A program made the position numbers and the translations under genes. Shown here piece by piece: positions 25,535-38,751 of a DNA stretch of 64,000 nt (position 1 is its first letter; each line of letters begins with the position of its first letter). The notes below the pieces were generated by a model. The model made no database searches. It saw nothing but the letters and a program-made list of their open reading frames with translations, and was not told the DNA's origin. The stretch comes from Eledone cirrhosa (lineage: Eukaryota). The DNA lies in NCBI GenBank assembly GCA_964016885.1, contig OZ024746.1:68448001-68512000 (forward strand). The letters run 5' to 3'.

Positions 25535-25885
25535 TAGGTGGTTGTGCTTGTGACACAACAAAAAAGAACCCAGCCCACAATGTTAGGTGATCATACTGGT
25601 GACATGACAAAAAGCACCCATTTTACCCTGTTAGATAGTCATGCTGGTGATGTGACAAAAAACAATCAGTCAGTTCACCCAGAAAGGTGGTCATGCTGGC
25701 GACACAACAAAAGGTACCCAGTCCACCCTATAAGGTGGTCATGGTGGTGTCAGGAAAGTATCCAACCATAAAAACCAAAAATAAACAGATCTATATGAGC
25801 AAGATATGGTCAGCTGACCTGACTTGTCTCATAACATGACAACCCATGCTTGCAGGGAGAGTGAAAGTTAAACTATGATGATGAC
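25535..25885 (+). mobile_element. Diverged RTE 3'-UTR-derived element with ~47-bp tandem units
   Basis: Four to five degenerate copies of the GGTG..ATGACAAAAAGCACCCAG unit, then the RTE tail. Confidence 0.7.
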
Positions 25886-27577
25886 AAAAGGCTTTCTACT
25901 TCAAGCAGTGATATTTCTTCCTATTTGTCATTGTGTAATACTCTGATTGCTGACTTTTATTTTATGGTATTTTACATATACTATAATTTTGCCTATCTGA
26001 ATACACTAAGAACTTTAGTTCTTTAATACATAAATCTACAGATGTTTCAAGCAAGATTCAATTGCTGTATTACTATCTTTAATGACATACATACAATAAC
26101 TCCCAAGATATTGCTGCCAATAATTATATTCAGAAGAATGGATAACAATAAATATTATATACTTTAAATGTGTGTATCAATGAATAAAAGAAGGAATAGC
26201 TTCTATGACAATAATAGTCTTCATGGGAATTCTATTTCTACTAAAGACACTTGGTGTTTTAAACATTTATTAGATTTTCTATAAAAATGTATATAATAAA
26301 GTATGAAATTTCACATGCACACATATACATACAGGCACTCTCATCTCTCACATATACACATACTGAAGCAAGTTTTAGAATGAACAAATACTCAATAATT
26401 TAATCAGAATTTCATATGGTAGTTATTTATTCATTTCAAGCTGGTGTATCACTCATGGCAGAGCTTCTTGCTGGGCAATAGCTATATAGTATTAGTGTAG
26501 TGTATGTATGCATGTAGATGTCTAGTTATGCATACACATATATACATACAAACCTCTAGTTGGATGGCTTGTAATGTTGCTAAGCTATGACAGATAACAG
26601 TTTGATATATCAAAATTTTAAGTATATAAACTTTACTTCTCTGTATCAAATACATTTTAGTCATATAGATATATGCAATTATATATATATATATGTGTAG
26701 ATATAGATATACTGTACATGTGTGTGTATGTGTATATTATATATGTGTATGTGTGAATGTGCATATGTGTGAGTGTGTACCTATATAGATGTAATTGTGT
26801 ATATTACATATATAACAGACTAATAATATCAATATATCTTAACCAGAAGATATCAGTACTGTGTGGAATAGATTTTTGTTGATTTCAACAAAGAGTTTTT
26901 CAGTTGTTTGATCAATGTAACAGACTACATGTGAAATTAATGTGTTAACGGTGGAAAATTTCAAAGGTACACATGTTTCTGTCAACCCAATTTCACTCAC
27001 AAGGCTTGTGATGACCCAATGTTATGGTAAATGAGACTTGCCCAAGATGCAGGGAGATTGAACCGGAGACCTTATAACTGCAAAATAAATGTCTTAACTA
27101 TTCAGTTATGTTGTGTCCACAGTACTGTATGGTCAAATATTACCTATTTTCTTCATTCTACTTAACAGTATATTTGGTATGGTCCCGTAACTCCTGATAG
27201 ATTTGTAGGGGCCCCGTATTGATGTACCACGTTTCTTGGACATTTGAAGCCTGGTGGAACACATCCATCTCCAGGCCTGAGTACAGCAAATTTCTTCCAG
27301 AGAGTGGAAGAATCCACCCTAGTACTAGACTGGTACTTTTTTATCGACCTCAAAAGGATGAAAGGCAAAGTTGAGCTCAGCGGAATTTGAACTCAGACAG
27401 TAGAGAGCCAGAATGAATACCATAAAGCATTCTAACCAACGTTCTAATGACTGCCAATTCATATATTTACTTTCCAAATTTAACACTTCCTTGCAATGAT
27501 ATAGCTTATAGAGTAACAACTCCTCCATGCTCACATATTCTGGTACATCTCATGTTAAGTGAAGTCATCCAGGCTAA

Positions 27578-27763
27578 CCGTATATACTCAAATATAAGCC
27601 AATCTAAATATAAGCCAATCACCCTATTTTATATCTAAGAAATAGGTGAAAATCTAAACCTTGTTTATAAACCGAGACAGCTAATCAGCACATTGTTTAG
27701 ATGGCGTATATAAGCCAACTCCTATTTTACCATGAATTTTGGCTTATATTTGAGTATATATGG
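27578..27763. mobile_element. pogo/Tigger-like MITE
   Basis: TIRs CCGTATATACTCAAATATAAGCC / GGCTTATATTTGAGTATATATGG-TA. Confidence 0.8.
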
Positions 27764-28139
27764 TACTTCAACCATATAATTTGTTTGTGTCTTTACCTCT
27801 CTAGTAACAGCCACAGCTTGTTAACTAGACAACATACAAAATCATTACTGGCAGCAGAGTGACGTTAATGAAGCTAACAGTGATTTGTGACAGCCTATCT
27901 GTGATGAGAACATCACATACCTCTTTTGAATAATGAGCGACTTGCTAGAGCTAGGAACTTTGCCACATGTGATAGGGTTTTAATCCCTGAAACATACAGC
28001 CATTGAATCGTTCACACACATATATGAATAAAATGCCATTAATGGTTTGTGTAATTACATAATTATATTTAACAATGGTGGATACATATCGCCGATGAGG
28101 AATGCTCCATCTTGCTTATTCTATAGTTTGTTGATTGAG

Positions 28140-28812
28140 ATGAGGCATGCACAATTGTCAAGAAGGCCAAGGATGTCTTGGCATCATTCATCAAGACCTT
28201 TGTCAGCTGCTCTCCAACTATTTAAAGCTGTATATAGATATGGTGCAGTTACACTTAAAATTTGCATCACCAGTGTGGAACCCCTATCTTGCTCAGAATA
28301 TAGACCTCCTGGAAACTGTTCAGAGACATGCAACCAAGTGAATACCCTCCATCAGGTATCTATGATACTCTGAACACCTTGCTTCTCTGGGCATGGATAC
28401 ATTGAGGCTCCAATGTCTGGCAACTGACTTGGTAAACACCCACAAAATTATTAACCATTTTGCCAACAACAACCCTGAGTACCTTTTTCAATTCCATGTG
28501 TCTAACACACATGGGCATGCCTACAAAGTCAGAAAACAGCACAGCTCCAATGACTCAGAGTTGCTGAAGCATAGAACAAACTACCTACATCAGTTATTAG
28601 CTGTCGAGACACTGCATCCTTTCAAACCTCCATGCTTCCTGAAATTCACCAACACTACACCTGATATTCTCCTTCCATACACATGCACACATGTATATCA
28701 TGACTCATACACTGTTCACTTTTGTGACATTTGTACATTATTCTATGTATTATACATGCACCTTTGTTTAATTGTAGTGTACCTGAGCACTGAACACAAT
28801 AATTTCATTATC
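28140..28812 (+). mobile_element. CR1/L2-group LINE 3' fragment (degenerate)
   Basis: YLKLYIDMVQLHLKFASPVWNPYLAQNIDLLETVQRHATK*IPSIRYL*YSEHLASLGMDTL...DLVNTHKI...THGHAYKV is the typical CR1-like ORF2 C-terminus. Confidence 0.85.
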
Positions 28813-28911
28813 ATAACTCACAGAAATAAACACTCAGATAAATAATGACAACTATATAAATGCATATATTAATTCATTTGAATTAATATATATATATATA
28901 TATATGTATAT

Positions 28912-31077
28912 AGGAGAATAAATGGGAGAAAGACAGTCTCCCCCATATCGACCGAGGAGAATAAATGGGAGAAAGACAGTCTCCCCCATATCGACCCAAT
29001 AGAGGGACCAGCAGTGTTAGTCGAGGGGAGTATAATAAGTAAGGCAATCAAGGATATGAAGACGGGTAAGGCGGCTGGGCCTTCGGAAATAGTTGCTGAG
29101 AAGCTGAAGGCATCTGGCACGGTGGGACACACCATGGTCACCCGCATAGTTAACCAAGTCGTACAGAATGGGGTTGTTCCGAAGGACTGGCATAGCAGGA
29201 TCATCGTTAACTGTTATAAGGGTAAAGGAGACGCCCTAGATAGGAGTAACTATAGAGGCATTAAATTAATCGACCAGGTCATGAAGGTCACGGAAAAAGT
29301 AATAGCGCAACTAATCAGAGAGAGAATTGACCTAGATGAAATGCAGTTCGGGTTTGTGTCAGGCAAAAGTACCACAGACGCTCTTTTCATAGTACGACAA
29401 CTACAGGAGAAGTACCTAGCTAAAGGTAAACCCCTCTACTTAGCTTTTGTCGACTTGGAGAAAGCCTTCGACAGAGTCCCCCGCTCCATTATCTGGTGGG
29501 CTCTTAGAAAACTAGGCGTTGACGAATGGCTTGTGAGGGCTATACAAGCCATGTATAAAGAAACAGTCAGCAAGGTTAGAATTAACAACGAATATAGCGA
29601 AGAGTTTAGCGTAAAAGTTGGCGTCCATCAGGGCTCTGTTCTCAGCCCACTACTATTTATTATTGCCCTTCAGGCTATAACAGAGGAGTTCAAGACAGGC
29701 TGCCCATGGGAACTCCTATACGCAGACGACCTGACACTCATAGCGGAATCAATGGCCGAGCTAGAGAAGAAATTCCAAACATGGAAGCACGGCCTAGAGT
29801 CAAAAGGACTTAAAATTAACCTGGCTAAGACCAAAGTACTAGTTTGTAGGAAAGAAAACAAGGCGGCGGTCCCTTCTGGGAAATGGTCGTGCTCGGTGTG
29901 TAGGAAAGGCGTAGGTAGAAACTCCATTTTATGTCCTAAATGCAAAGTATGGGTGCATAAAAGATGTAGTGGGATCACAGGTAAGCTAACTAAGAACATA
30001 GATTTTACATGTGGCCGGTGCTCTGGTGCAATAAGTAGCAGCAAGTGCCCACAAAATACTAGCTCTTTCAATTGCGCAGAGGGTTCTATAGAAATAGTGG
30101 ACAGCTTCCGTTACCTGGGCGATAAAATCAGCAGTGGGGGAGGGTGCTCTGAAAGTACTGTAGCTAGAGTCAGAACTGGTTGGAAAAAGTTCAGAGAGCT
30201 TATACCACTATTAGCTGCTAAAGGGTTCTCACTAAAAATGAAAGGCAGGTTGTACGATGCCTGCATACGAACAGCAATGCTGCATGGCAGTGAGACCTGG
30301 GCATTGTGTGCAGAGGATATACGCAGACTAGAGAGGAACGAAGCTTGCATGCTCCGCTGGATGTGTAACAGTAATATACGTGAACGGCAAAGCATAAACG
30401 AACTAAGGAAAAAATTAGAGATAAGAGGGATCAGATGTTGTTTACTCGAGAGAAGGCTACGTTGGTATGGACACGTGATGCGCATGAAAGTCGATAGCTG
30501 TATAACAAAGTGCAGGGCAATAAAGATAGACGGTAGTCACGGAATAGGCAGACCTAGAAAAACCTGGGATGAGCTGATAAACTCCGACATCACACACTTA
30601 CACCTCTCCAAGACAATGTCACTGGACCGAGACCTTTGGCGGTACTCAGTAACAGAGAAGACCCGCCTTACCTAAATATATAGTAAAACCTACTCCAGCC
30701 AGTAGGCATCTCTAACAAAATACACCCCGTCCCACCACCACCACCCCCACCCCATCCACACCACCCCGTTCTATGTAAAGTTATGTTGGTGCCGCGCCAT
30801 CGAGGCCGAAACAAATGAGATCGTGTAGGTGTCACGACAAAAAAACACACAGTCCACGCTGTAATGTGGCCGTGTAGGCAACACGGTAAAAACCTCCCAG
30901 ACCCACACTGTAAATGTGGTTGGTGTTAGGAAGGGCATCCAACTGTAGAAAACCTGCCAGACAGTCCTATGCGAGCAAGACAATCACTCTTGCCTCAAGT
31001 GGGACTACCCCCGTCCAAACCCATGCAAGCGTGGAACACGGACGTTAAACGTTGATGATGATGATGATGATGATGAT
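28912..31077 (+). mobile_element. 5'-truncated RTE-clade LINE (young), 3' UTR with 48-bp units and (GAT)n tail
   Basis: Uninterrupted RT ORF, ~400-bp 3' UTR, (GAT)n tail, 42-bp tandem duplication at the 5' junction. Confidence 0.95.
29014..30675 (+). CDS. Reverse transcriptase of RTE LINE (N-terminally truncated, no APE domain) with internal PHD-type finger
   Basis: YRGIKL, QFGF, FVDLEKAFDRV, GVHQGSVLSPLLF, YADD, FRYLG, RRLRWYGHV, GRPRKTW; open for 553 codons. Confidence 0.9.
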   Translation: MLVEGSIISKAIKDMKTGKAAGPSEIVAEKLKASGTVGHTMVTRIVNQVVQNGVVPKDWHSRIIVNCYKGKGDALDRSNYRGIKLIDQVMKVTEKVIAQLIRERIDLDEMQFGFVSGKSTTDALFIVRQLQEKYLAKGKPLYLAFVDLEKAFDRVPRSIIWWALRKLGVDEWLVRAIQAMYKETVSKVRINNEYSEEFSVKVGVHQGSVLSPLLFIIALQAITEEFKTGCPWELLYADDLTLIAESMAELEKKFQTWKHGLESKGLKINLAKTKVLVCRKENKAAVPSGKWSCSVCRKGVGRNSILCPKCKVWVHKRCSGITGKLTKNIDFTCGRCSGAISSSKCPQNTSSFNCAEGSIEIVDSFRYLGDKISSGGGCSESTVARVRTGWKKFRELIPLLAAKGFSLKMKGRLYDACIRTAMLHGSETWALCAEDIRRLERNEACMLRWMCNSNIRERQSINELRKKLEIRGIRCCLLERRLRWYGHVMRMKVDSCITKCRAIKIDGSHGIGRPRKTWDELINSDITHLHLSKTMSLDRDLWRYSVTEKTRLT

Positions 31078-31196
31078 ATCCAACCCATGCAAGCATGGAA
31101 AAACAGGTGAAGGACGATGATTTTATATATATTGGATCGTCAGGTATGAAATTTGTAGAAAATATAAATTTCTACAAATTTCATACTTGACGACCC

Positions 31197-31265
<69 letters not shown>

Positions 31266-31554
31266 TTAATACTTTATATCTATAAAGCCTTGTAAGATAA
31301 AATAATATATGAAGAATAAATTGTTTTAAAACTGATTGATTATAACTCCTAATTGAATTTAAAAATAGAATGTCAGGTTAAATGTTTTGTTTAATAAAAC
31401 AAAATACATTATCATCATCTCCATTATTTTCATGTCAATTTTTCTATACAACAATGTCAAACTGTCTTCATCTTTTGCCATCCATTTGAGAAGATTAATA
31501 TTCTGAGATCTGACATTACCACATCTTCCCACATATTTCTTATTCTTTCTCATG

Positions 31555-31795
31555 TATTGATGACCTTCAGTAAGTGTACACATATCACAATCTATATTGA
31601 TGTCCTGCAGTGAGAGCACACATGTCATAATCTATATTGGTGTCCTTTAGTAACTGCACACATTTCACAATCTACATCGATGTCCTTCAGTGAGTGCACA
31701 CATTTCATAATCTACATTGATGTCCTTCAGTGAGTGCACACATTTCATAATCTACATTGATGTCCTTCAGTGAGTGCATACATTTCATAATCTAA
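31555..31795. repeat. 40-bp minisatellite, ~6 copies
   Basis: Unit CATTGATGTCCTTCAGTGAGTGCACACATTTCATAATCTA. Confidence 0.9.
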
Positions 31796-32052
31796 CACCG
31801 ATCATCAGGTACCAATACCAATGTTGTTTCATACAGATTTATATTACATATCCAGCAGATCATTTAAACAACATTTAAACAACAATTCTCTACAATAAAT
31901 GTTAATGGCTGGTCAGTAGCACATTTGATCAGTGGCACAGTTGGTCAGTGACACACTTGGTCTGGATATGCACTATGGGACAGAACCGGCCAAGATAATT
32001 AAGAAATCTGGGAGTTTGTGCCCCATTATTAGACTATATTATCTAGTCAATA

Positions 32053-32237
32053 GGGTGGTGGATTGGCAGTATCAGTAGAGGGTCGGACACCATGCTTTCA
32101 TGCATAGTTACGTCCCTTTACGATCTGAGTTCAAATCCCGCCGAGGTTGACTTTGCCTTTCATCCTTACGGGGTCGATAAAATAAAGTACCAGTAATGCA
32201 CTGGGTAATTGCTGGCCTTGTGCCTAAAGTCAAAACA
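32053..32237 (+). mobile_element. tRNA-derived SINE family 2, full length with 15-bp TSD
   Basis: TGGCAGTATCAGTAG box A-like, GAGTTCAAATCCC box B, GCCTTTCATCCTTACGGGGTCGATAAA core; TSD ATTATCTAGTCAATA at 32038 and 32238. Confidence 0.9.
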
Positions 32238-32516
32238 ATTATCTAGTCAATATTACAGTGAAGCTTCTATTTCTATTTCAATTCTATACATACATATATA
32301 TAAAATGACAAACATAGAAATAAAAAAGCAATTACTGTTATTTGGTTTACACTTTGGATGAAAGAGAGAAAATAAGTTCAACATATTGGGCGTTAGTCCA
32401 TCGCTGGGTAGATAGATCAGAAAATAGAGCATATGAGCATATGAGTGTATGTGAATTGTTTTTAATTTTTTGTGTGAATCACCGTATATATTGGTGGAAA
32501 GGTGTCTCTCTTTCTG

Positions 32517-32565
<49 letters not shown>

Positions 32566-32601
32566 AATTATATATGTAATTATATTGTGTTGTTTATTAT
32601 G

Positions 32602-32634
<33 letters not shown>

Positions 32635-33530
32635 TAATAATAATAAATTTGAAGACTAAAATCCAAAGACGGCTTGATAAGGATAAATATATATCAAATA
32701 TATAAGAACCGTAGAGCAAATATTTATTAAAATAAATTAAAACCTCATTTTCTTATATATATATATATATATATAAGAAAATGAGGTTTTTTTAAGAAAA
32801 AAAAAGAAAAAAAAAGAAAAAAAAAGAAAAAAAAAGAAAAAAAAGAAGAAAAAAAAGAAAAAAACGAGATGTCCGACACAGGTGAAAGTATAAGGAAAAG
32901 AAATTGAAAATGCAACTGGAGTCTTTTTAAGAATATTTATTTATTTTCTTTACCAGTTTCACGGTTCTTATGCTTTTCAAAAGTAAAATTGAGATGGAGA
33001 GTTTGTGGTTTGTCTCGCATATATATATATATAAAGTTCCTTATGCTAATGATTATATTCCATTGTGATATATAATGAAACAATTGTAATAAGTAAAAGA
33101 CAAAGTAATGAGGATATATATAATTGAGTAAAACCTTTAAAACTGGTGCCTTAAGATGGCCACAGTCCAATTACTGATTACTGAAACCAGTAAAAGAAAA
33201 GAAAATGATACATCAATAAAAAATATTATGCTGCACATTTATCATTGATTAGATTAGTTTTTAAGTAAATAATTAATGTACTTAAGATGCAATTAATTGG
33301 TTCCAAGAAAATTTCACATCAATACAAATTACACCTGAATTAGTTCCTCAGAACTGATATTGGATTCTAAAATTAGAGCAAGGCCACAAATTTGGGGGAA
33401 AATAAAGCTAATTAAATTGACTCCAGAATTCACATTACTTGTTTATTTTATATTACATTTTATGAACAATAGCATCATTAGTTTCAGGAATCCAAAGTGT
33501 CAATCAGTGGTGAACTGTATTTATAATAGT

Positions 33531-33706
33531 TGTTTCTACTTTTGGCACAAGGCCAGCAATTACCATTACTGGTACTTTATTTTATTGACCCCGTAAGGAT
33601 GAAAGGCAAAGTTGACCTCGGCGGGATTTGAACTCAGAATGGAAAGGGCCGTAACTCTATGTGTCAAAGCATGACGTCCGACCCTCTACCAATACTGCCA
33701 ATCCAC
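33531..33706 (-). mobile_element. SINE family 2 copy
   Basis: Homology to 32053; TSD TTATAATAGT at 33521 and 33707. Confidence 0.85.
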
Positions 33707-34429
33707 TTATAATAGTGACAGTAATAATGGAGTGTCTGTGAAACTATGGTGGAACAAATATCACAAGGATCTTTGTTAAAAAAAAATACTGATTTTGAAA
33801 AAATGTTCTTATCAATATCTAACATCTACCACTGCTATACATTGCTGAAATATATTCACATACATAAAAATAAGTGTGTATACACAATGTAAACGTGGTT
33901 GGTGTTAGGAAGGGCATCCAGCTGTAGAAAACCTGCCAGACAGTCCCATACGAGCGAGACGACCAATCTTGCCTCAAGTGGGATAATTCCCTTCTAAACC
34001 CATGCTAGCGTGGAAGATAGATGTTAAACGATGATGATGATGATGATGATGACACACACACATATGTATGCATGCATGCTTGAGTCTGTGTGTGCAGCAA
34101 AATGTCCATGGGAAGGAATAAGGAAAAAAGCCCTCAATCGAGAACAAGAGAGTTCATTTAATATTTATTAATATTCATGAATGTTACATGTATTGTACGG
34201 CCTCAGATGTGAAGGTCTAGGTATGGTCACGACTTTGTACAATCTACAGTGGTGGACATAAATAGACCTTGAAACCTAAGGTAGTTCAACACATGTTATG
34301 TGTATGAATATTAATAAACACTACAAATACCTGCATGTGTTTGTGTTTATATATATATGTGTGGGGGGGAGGGAGTATGTGCACGTGTCAATAGGTCGGG
34401 GCAAACAATAACAGTATAATGTCATAAGT

Positions 34430-34880
34430 ATGTTTTTCATAGTACCAGCACCACCACCTTACAATGTACTTAGTGCAATGTACTTAGTGTGTTTTATCAT
34501 AGTATCAGCACTACCACAGTATGAGGTGTACTGGGTGTGCTTCATCATGGCACCAGCACTACCACTTTATGGGGTGTACTGGGTATGTTTTTCATAGTAC
34601 CAGCACCACTACTTTACAATGTACTAAGTGTCTTTTATCATAGTACCATCACTAGCACAATATGGAGTGTACTGGGTGTGCTTTATCAGGACACCAGCTT
34701 TACCACTTCACAAGGTGTACTGGGCATATTTATCATGGCATCAACACTACCACTTTACATAGTGTACTGCTTATGTTTTATCATGGCACCAGCATTATTC
34801 TTTTAGTGTGTATAGGGTGTGTTTTATGGTATCAGTCCTACCAATTTACAGTGTGCTGAGTGTATTTTATCATGGCTCCC
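34430..34880 (-). repeat. Diverged ~47-bp tandem array derived from RTE 3' UTR unit; similar at ~39215-39420
   Basis: Repeated GTGTACTGGGTGTG..TTATCATGGCACCAGCACTACCACTTTAC. Confidence 0.75.
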
Positions 34881-35135
34881 ACCACTAGGGAGGTTGTCAC
34901 ATATTCACCCAGACTCTTCAGTCTTGGGTGAATATAGTGATTGCTGATCACCAATGTATTTGAAAGGGAGCAATTGTGTGATTGCTTCATTACAGGTTGT
35001 GGCCTCTTATTCATGGTCAGATCTATGAACTTTCCTGTATGGATAATTATTACTGATACCACCAATCCATTTATAAGGAGTATGTAAGGAGTAAGATAGG
35101 GCACAACAAACAGAATGACAAAAACAAAAAAAATC

Positions 35136-35305
35136 ATTGTTTTTACTTTTGGCACAAAGCCAGCAATTATCCCAGTGCATTACTGGTGCTTTATTTTATT
35201 GACCCCACAAGGATGAAAGGCAAAGTTAACCTCAGTGGGATTTGAACTCAGACCGTAAAGGGCCGTAACTCTATGCTGCAAAGCATAACGTCTGACCCTC
35301 TACCA
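35136..35305 (-). mobile_element. SINE family 2 copy
   Basis: Homology to 32053. Confidence 0.85.
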
Positions 35306-36955
35306 CCCAAACATCATTAAAAGTTGAATCATCTTGAAGAAACTCTGGGTTTCACATTGCAAATTATTCAATAAAACTCACAGTAACAATATAAAACTCA
35401 GTAACAATTCAAGAAACTTCAGCTTATAATAAGTTATATACATTTTTCTTTATGTTATGTGAGCGTGTACTCTCATAAGCACATATACACAACTGCACAC
35501 TAACACACACATGCCACAAACATAACACATAGGTACATCTATGTATTCATTAATAGAAACTGAAGTATTTACAATATAGTACTTCAGTTGCTATTATCTT
35601 CCCTTTAAATTTCTGTTTCTAAGACAATACATACTCCTGCTATTCTATGTTTCAATTTAATTTCATCAATCTACCATCTTCTTGCCTCTAGCCCTCATGT
35701 AGGTGCACACATAACTGTGTGGTTAAGAATTAAGCAAGTAACTTCTACCATAGCCTCTGGTTAACAAGTAATTCATGAGTGGAATTTCATATTTCATATT
35801 CATACTGTACCATTATGTGTGTATGTGTGGATGCTTTTCTTAATGTATATATATATATAAACATATAATATATACTAATATATCAAAAGGGTAAACTACA
35901 TTTTTTATATGTAGATGATACAAACTGACATCAACATATCTGATTTTGTGGTATATTTAATTTAATACAACAGTGATTAATTCCTAAAAGCTTGTGACAA
36001 CTACCTGATTAAGCAAAGATGGGATATGAACCAACTCCTGAAATGATGTTTGACATCAACATGATTTAATGTCGATCTTCCTTGCCAGCAAGGATTGGAC
36101 AAGTCAGTACTCAAGTAGAGCCACCCACCTCTCTGATGGGCCAGGGATCTGACATGATAATCATAAACATAATTAAAACAGCCCAGCACAGCATGGTCAA
36201 TGAGATGTGAGTTGGTATCAACTTTTTGATAAAACAGTTTTTTTAGATACTTTTAGATATTTCACAGCTTTGATTTAAGCTGGACACTGTTTTGTGTCTT
36301 ATATTGGGGACAAAGGAACATGTAAACAATACAAGCTCGCACCAAAATATTTCATATTGTGGCTAATATAATTTAATAATCAAGTACAATAGATATACAA
36401 GGTGTTTCGAAAAATTTGACATCAATGACCTGTGCCAAGGTTGTCACAAAAGATGTGTGAATTAGTGTAGGTGTCATGACAAAAAGCCCCCTGCCCACAC
36501 TGTAAAGTGGCCATGTAGGTGTCATGACAAAAAGTACCCAGCATACACTGTAAATGTGGTTGGTGTTAGGAAGGGCACTAGCCATAGAAACCAAGCAAAA
36601 AACAATTCTTTATGAGCAAGTTATGGTCATCAGATCTGAATTGTCTCAATGGAGCAACACGTCTAACCCATGCTAGCGTGGAAAATGCAAGTTAAATAGT
36701 GATTATGATGATGATGAATGTTAAATTTTGAGGAATAAATCTTATGTTGCTCAACATTTAGCCTGCTCAATCTCATTCTCCTAAACTTTGTAGTTTCCGA
36801 GATATTTACATCTCAAATGATATCAAAGCGTTTTAATCACCCTGTATTTTCTGTCATTAAACCCTTTGATCAGTACTGTGAAACCTTTCAATCATTACAA
36901 TAAAATCCTTCACTGATGTTGTTTAGCCCCTAATCAGCCATAATTGAGCATAACT

Positions 36956-37069
36956 ATGCCAAAAGTTATATGTATCCAAGATAATGTAGTATATGTTATA
37001 AAAAGATAGTCATGACTATCTTTTTATAACATATACTACATTATCTTGGATACATATAACTTTTGGCAT
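36956..37069. repeat. 114-bp perfect spacerless palindrome
   Basis: Symmetric about GTCA|TGAC at 37012/37013. Confidence 0.9.
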
Positions 37070-37376
37070 TTTTATGGCATAACAGAAGAGTTTTCCCAAC
37101 CCTTTATCTGGAAGGTTTTCTACAACTGGATGCCCTTCCTATCAGCAACCACCTTACAGAGTGTACTATATGCTTTTATTGTACAAATAACCAACACAAA
37201 GACAGTTGTCATGTCTATGACAACTGTAGAGTACTCCTGACCTTTTGTTTGCCAAGTTATTTTACGGAGAGTCACTCCAGATAAAGCCGCTACTTCTCCA
37301 AATTGACAGATCACAGCTCCGATACTATGAACATGTGGTTAGAATATCTCAGGAAAGAATCACTGGATAGATTTTA

Positions 37377-37565
37377 CGGGCAAAACCAACAGGTAGGAGA
37401 CCCAGGGGTAAGATCCCAAGCAATGGTTGGATAACATCCATCAACTTGGCTGGTCACACTTGGGGATCCAGCCAGATCAGTTGGAGATGGTTGCTTCTGA
37501 CAGGACCCACTGGAGGGAGTGTTTGAGGACTCTGCTCCCATGACCCTCTCTGGAATAAGTGGGCA
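37377..37565 (+). mobile_element. RTE (Expander/Rex3-like) LINE extreme 3' fragment
   Basis: KPTGRRPRG...WLDNIHQLGWSHLGIQPDQLEMVASDRTHWRECLRTLLP. Confidence 0.7.
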
Positions 37566-37983
37566 AAGAAGAAGTTCTTTTGATTTTAAATAGGAACCCT
37601 TTAAAATATGTGGTTTTGTTTCATAGAACCAGGGTTGGTTTGGGGGAAGTTTGGTATCAAAAGGAATTAACATGCTTTAATCAGTTACAGTAAATTGCTT
37701 TAGTGTGTAGCATCTGTCTGTTTTATTAGAAGAAAATGTGTAAAAATATGCACTGTAGAAGTGACTGTGTTGAACAGTAGATTTCACAGAGGAGATCTTT
37801 CACAACTGAAACTATCAATTTTCACAGGTAGTTCCGGTGTAGTAGCATTTGGTTTCAGATTCTATCAGAAATCATACAACACAACTGACTGATGCTGGAT
37901 ACAGTGATACAGTGATGTTAGCTCCATGTGACAATTATGGATTGTTATTGAATTGAAAGAACTCATACTAATAGCAAACTTAC

Positions 37984-37998
37984 ATACATTAATGTTGC
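37984..37998 (-). other. Candidate 15-nt microexon
   Basis: Minus strand CTAAC-TCCTCTTCAG|GCAACATTAATGTAT|GTAAGT; splice signals only. Confidence 0.25.
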
Positions 37999-38751
37999 CT
38001 GAAGAGGAGTTAGTAGGGGGGGATGATGGTGGCGGTAGTGGTGGTGGCAATAACAGAAAAGTGTAAATGGGAGGAAGGCATATATCTTCAAGAAGGAATT
38101 TAAGAAGTGATGACATACTCTAAGTTATTGAAACTAAAGTTTATTTAATACACACACATGCACACAACTATATATATTCTTACACATACAAATGCACACA
38201 TATAAACATGTGTATTTGTGTGAGCAGTATATTTGTGACAAATGTAATAAAGTATGTGTGTGTACGCTTAGGCTTATATACAGTTATGTGTGTGTGTGTG
38301 TACTCTTAGGCTTATATAAGGTTGTGTGTGTGTAAGTAGTCTATAGTCTTTATTACTGACTTGTCTTAATTAATAGTGGTGGTGGTAGTGGTGGTGGTGG
38401 TGGTGGTGGTGGTGGTGGTAGTGGTGGGTGCACTGAAAGCATGTAAGCCAGAGGGAAAAAAAACAATGTAGAAAATGTTCAAAGAGCTGTTACTTCTATT
38501 GGTAACAAAATATTTCTATTTCAGATTAAAGGGCTGATTGTATGATGACCGTATACAATATGCAGTTGTAGCTTGGTCGTCAGACTTGAGCCTTAGATTC
38601 AGAAAATTTATGTCAAGAAAGCAATGAACTGGTCATGTGCCACTGGAAGTATTAGTATGAATACTTTGACAGAGTACAAATTAAGTGAGAAGAAAGCTGT
38701 ATATAAGAGGAATCTGATGTAGTGTGCTAGAGAGAAGATGATGCTAGCATG

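Noticed and set aside
29670-30485. Antisense ORFs over the RTE elements (also 5183-5719 and 40830-41609)
   Set aside because: Shadow ORFs of the RT coding strand.
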